Of a stretch of 64,000 nt of DNA, positions 63,651 to 64,000 are shown piece by piece (within the stretch, counting starts at the first letter, position 1; each line of letters begins with the position of its first letter). The notes beneath the pieces were generated by a model. The model was not told the DNA's origin, ran no database searches, and saw only the letters and a program-made list of their open reading frames with translations. The stretch is from an uncultured Methylomirabilota bacterium (lineage in GTDB: Bacteria > Methylomirabilota > Methylomirabilia > Methylomirabilales > 2-02-FULL-66-22): the NCBI GenBank assembly GCA_963845565.1, contig CAWJSJ010000001.1, positions 32,001 to 96,000 on the forward strand. Reading direction: 5' to 3'. The translations under genes and the position numbers were made by a program.

Positions 63651-64000
63651 ATGAAAGCATATCTGGATATCGAGACCTGCGCCGGCGGGGCCGTGACGGT
63701 GGTCGGCATCTATCGCGAGGATCGCGGATTGCGTCAGTTGGTGGGTGGCGAGATCACCGATGTCACCGTCTGGGAGGCGTTGGACGGCGTTGACACACTC
63801 TGCACGTTCAACGGGGACCGGTTCGACCTTCCGATCCTCGAGCGGCAGGTCCGGCTGGATTTGCGGAAGCAGTTCGCATCGCTGGATCTCTTGCGGGAAT
63901 GCCGCCGGGTGGGTCTGAAGGGCGGGTTGAAGCACTTGGAGGAGCGTTTCGGGATCGCCCGGAATACCCGGGGCATGAACGGGTGGGACGCGTTGCATCT
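63651..64000 (+). CDS. YprB-like RNase H-fold exonuclease, truncated by the window end
   Basis: Not in the ORF track (no stop). RBS gagga, then MKAYLDIETC...TFNGDRFDLPIL...LDL...GLKGGLKHLEERFGI. Confidence 0.88.
   Translation, partial: MKAYLDIETCAGGAVTVVGIYREDRGLRQLVGGEITDVTVWEALDGVDTLCTFNGDRFDLPILERQVRLDLRKQFASLDLLRECRRVGLKGGLKHLEERFGIARNTRGMNGWDALH

Overview
GC-rich bacterial window with no rRNA, tRNA or CRISPR array, in three parts. (1) 1-13.3 kb is accessory DNA. It holds a REC-AraC response regulator and a repeat-flanked VapC/DUF104-like toxin-antitoxin pair. Next is a ~2,870-aa Sec-type teneurin-like RHS protein (N-terminal Cys-bounded domain, 9 Ig-like repeats, teneurin core with NHL propeller and YD shell, RHS core, permuted papain-like C-terminal tip), split by six +1 frameshifts. 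A membrane immunity candidate and a RAYT-type Y1 transposase bounded by a 26-bp inverted repeat follow directly. (2) 13.7-60.5 kb is a dense nutrient-uptake and catabolism region. It contains TRAP and TTT transporters, six ABC systems (Pot-like, three AfuA/FbpA-like, Ugp-like, PhnDCEE) and a LacI-headed amino-sugar/aminocyclitol-phosphate cluster (DegT, two Gfo/Idh/MocA, two TIM-barrel epimerases, creatininase, three inositol-monophosphatase paralogues). It also carries deoC, an M20 hydrolase, alkaline phosphatase and a degenerate FAH protein. (3) 60.5-64 kb has a PilZ gene, small exported proteins, ychF and a truncated YprB-like gene. A ~105-bp two-hairpin MITE-like element occurs three times (plus one fragment), and degenerate 7/8/9-nt periodic arrays, often as inverted pairs, sit at many gene junctions. 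Eight +1 frameshifts in otherwise intact genes suggest sequencing or assembly error. All calls come from motif reading only; no database searches were run.
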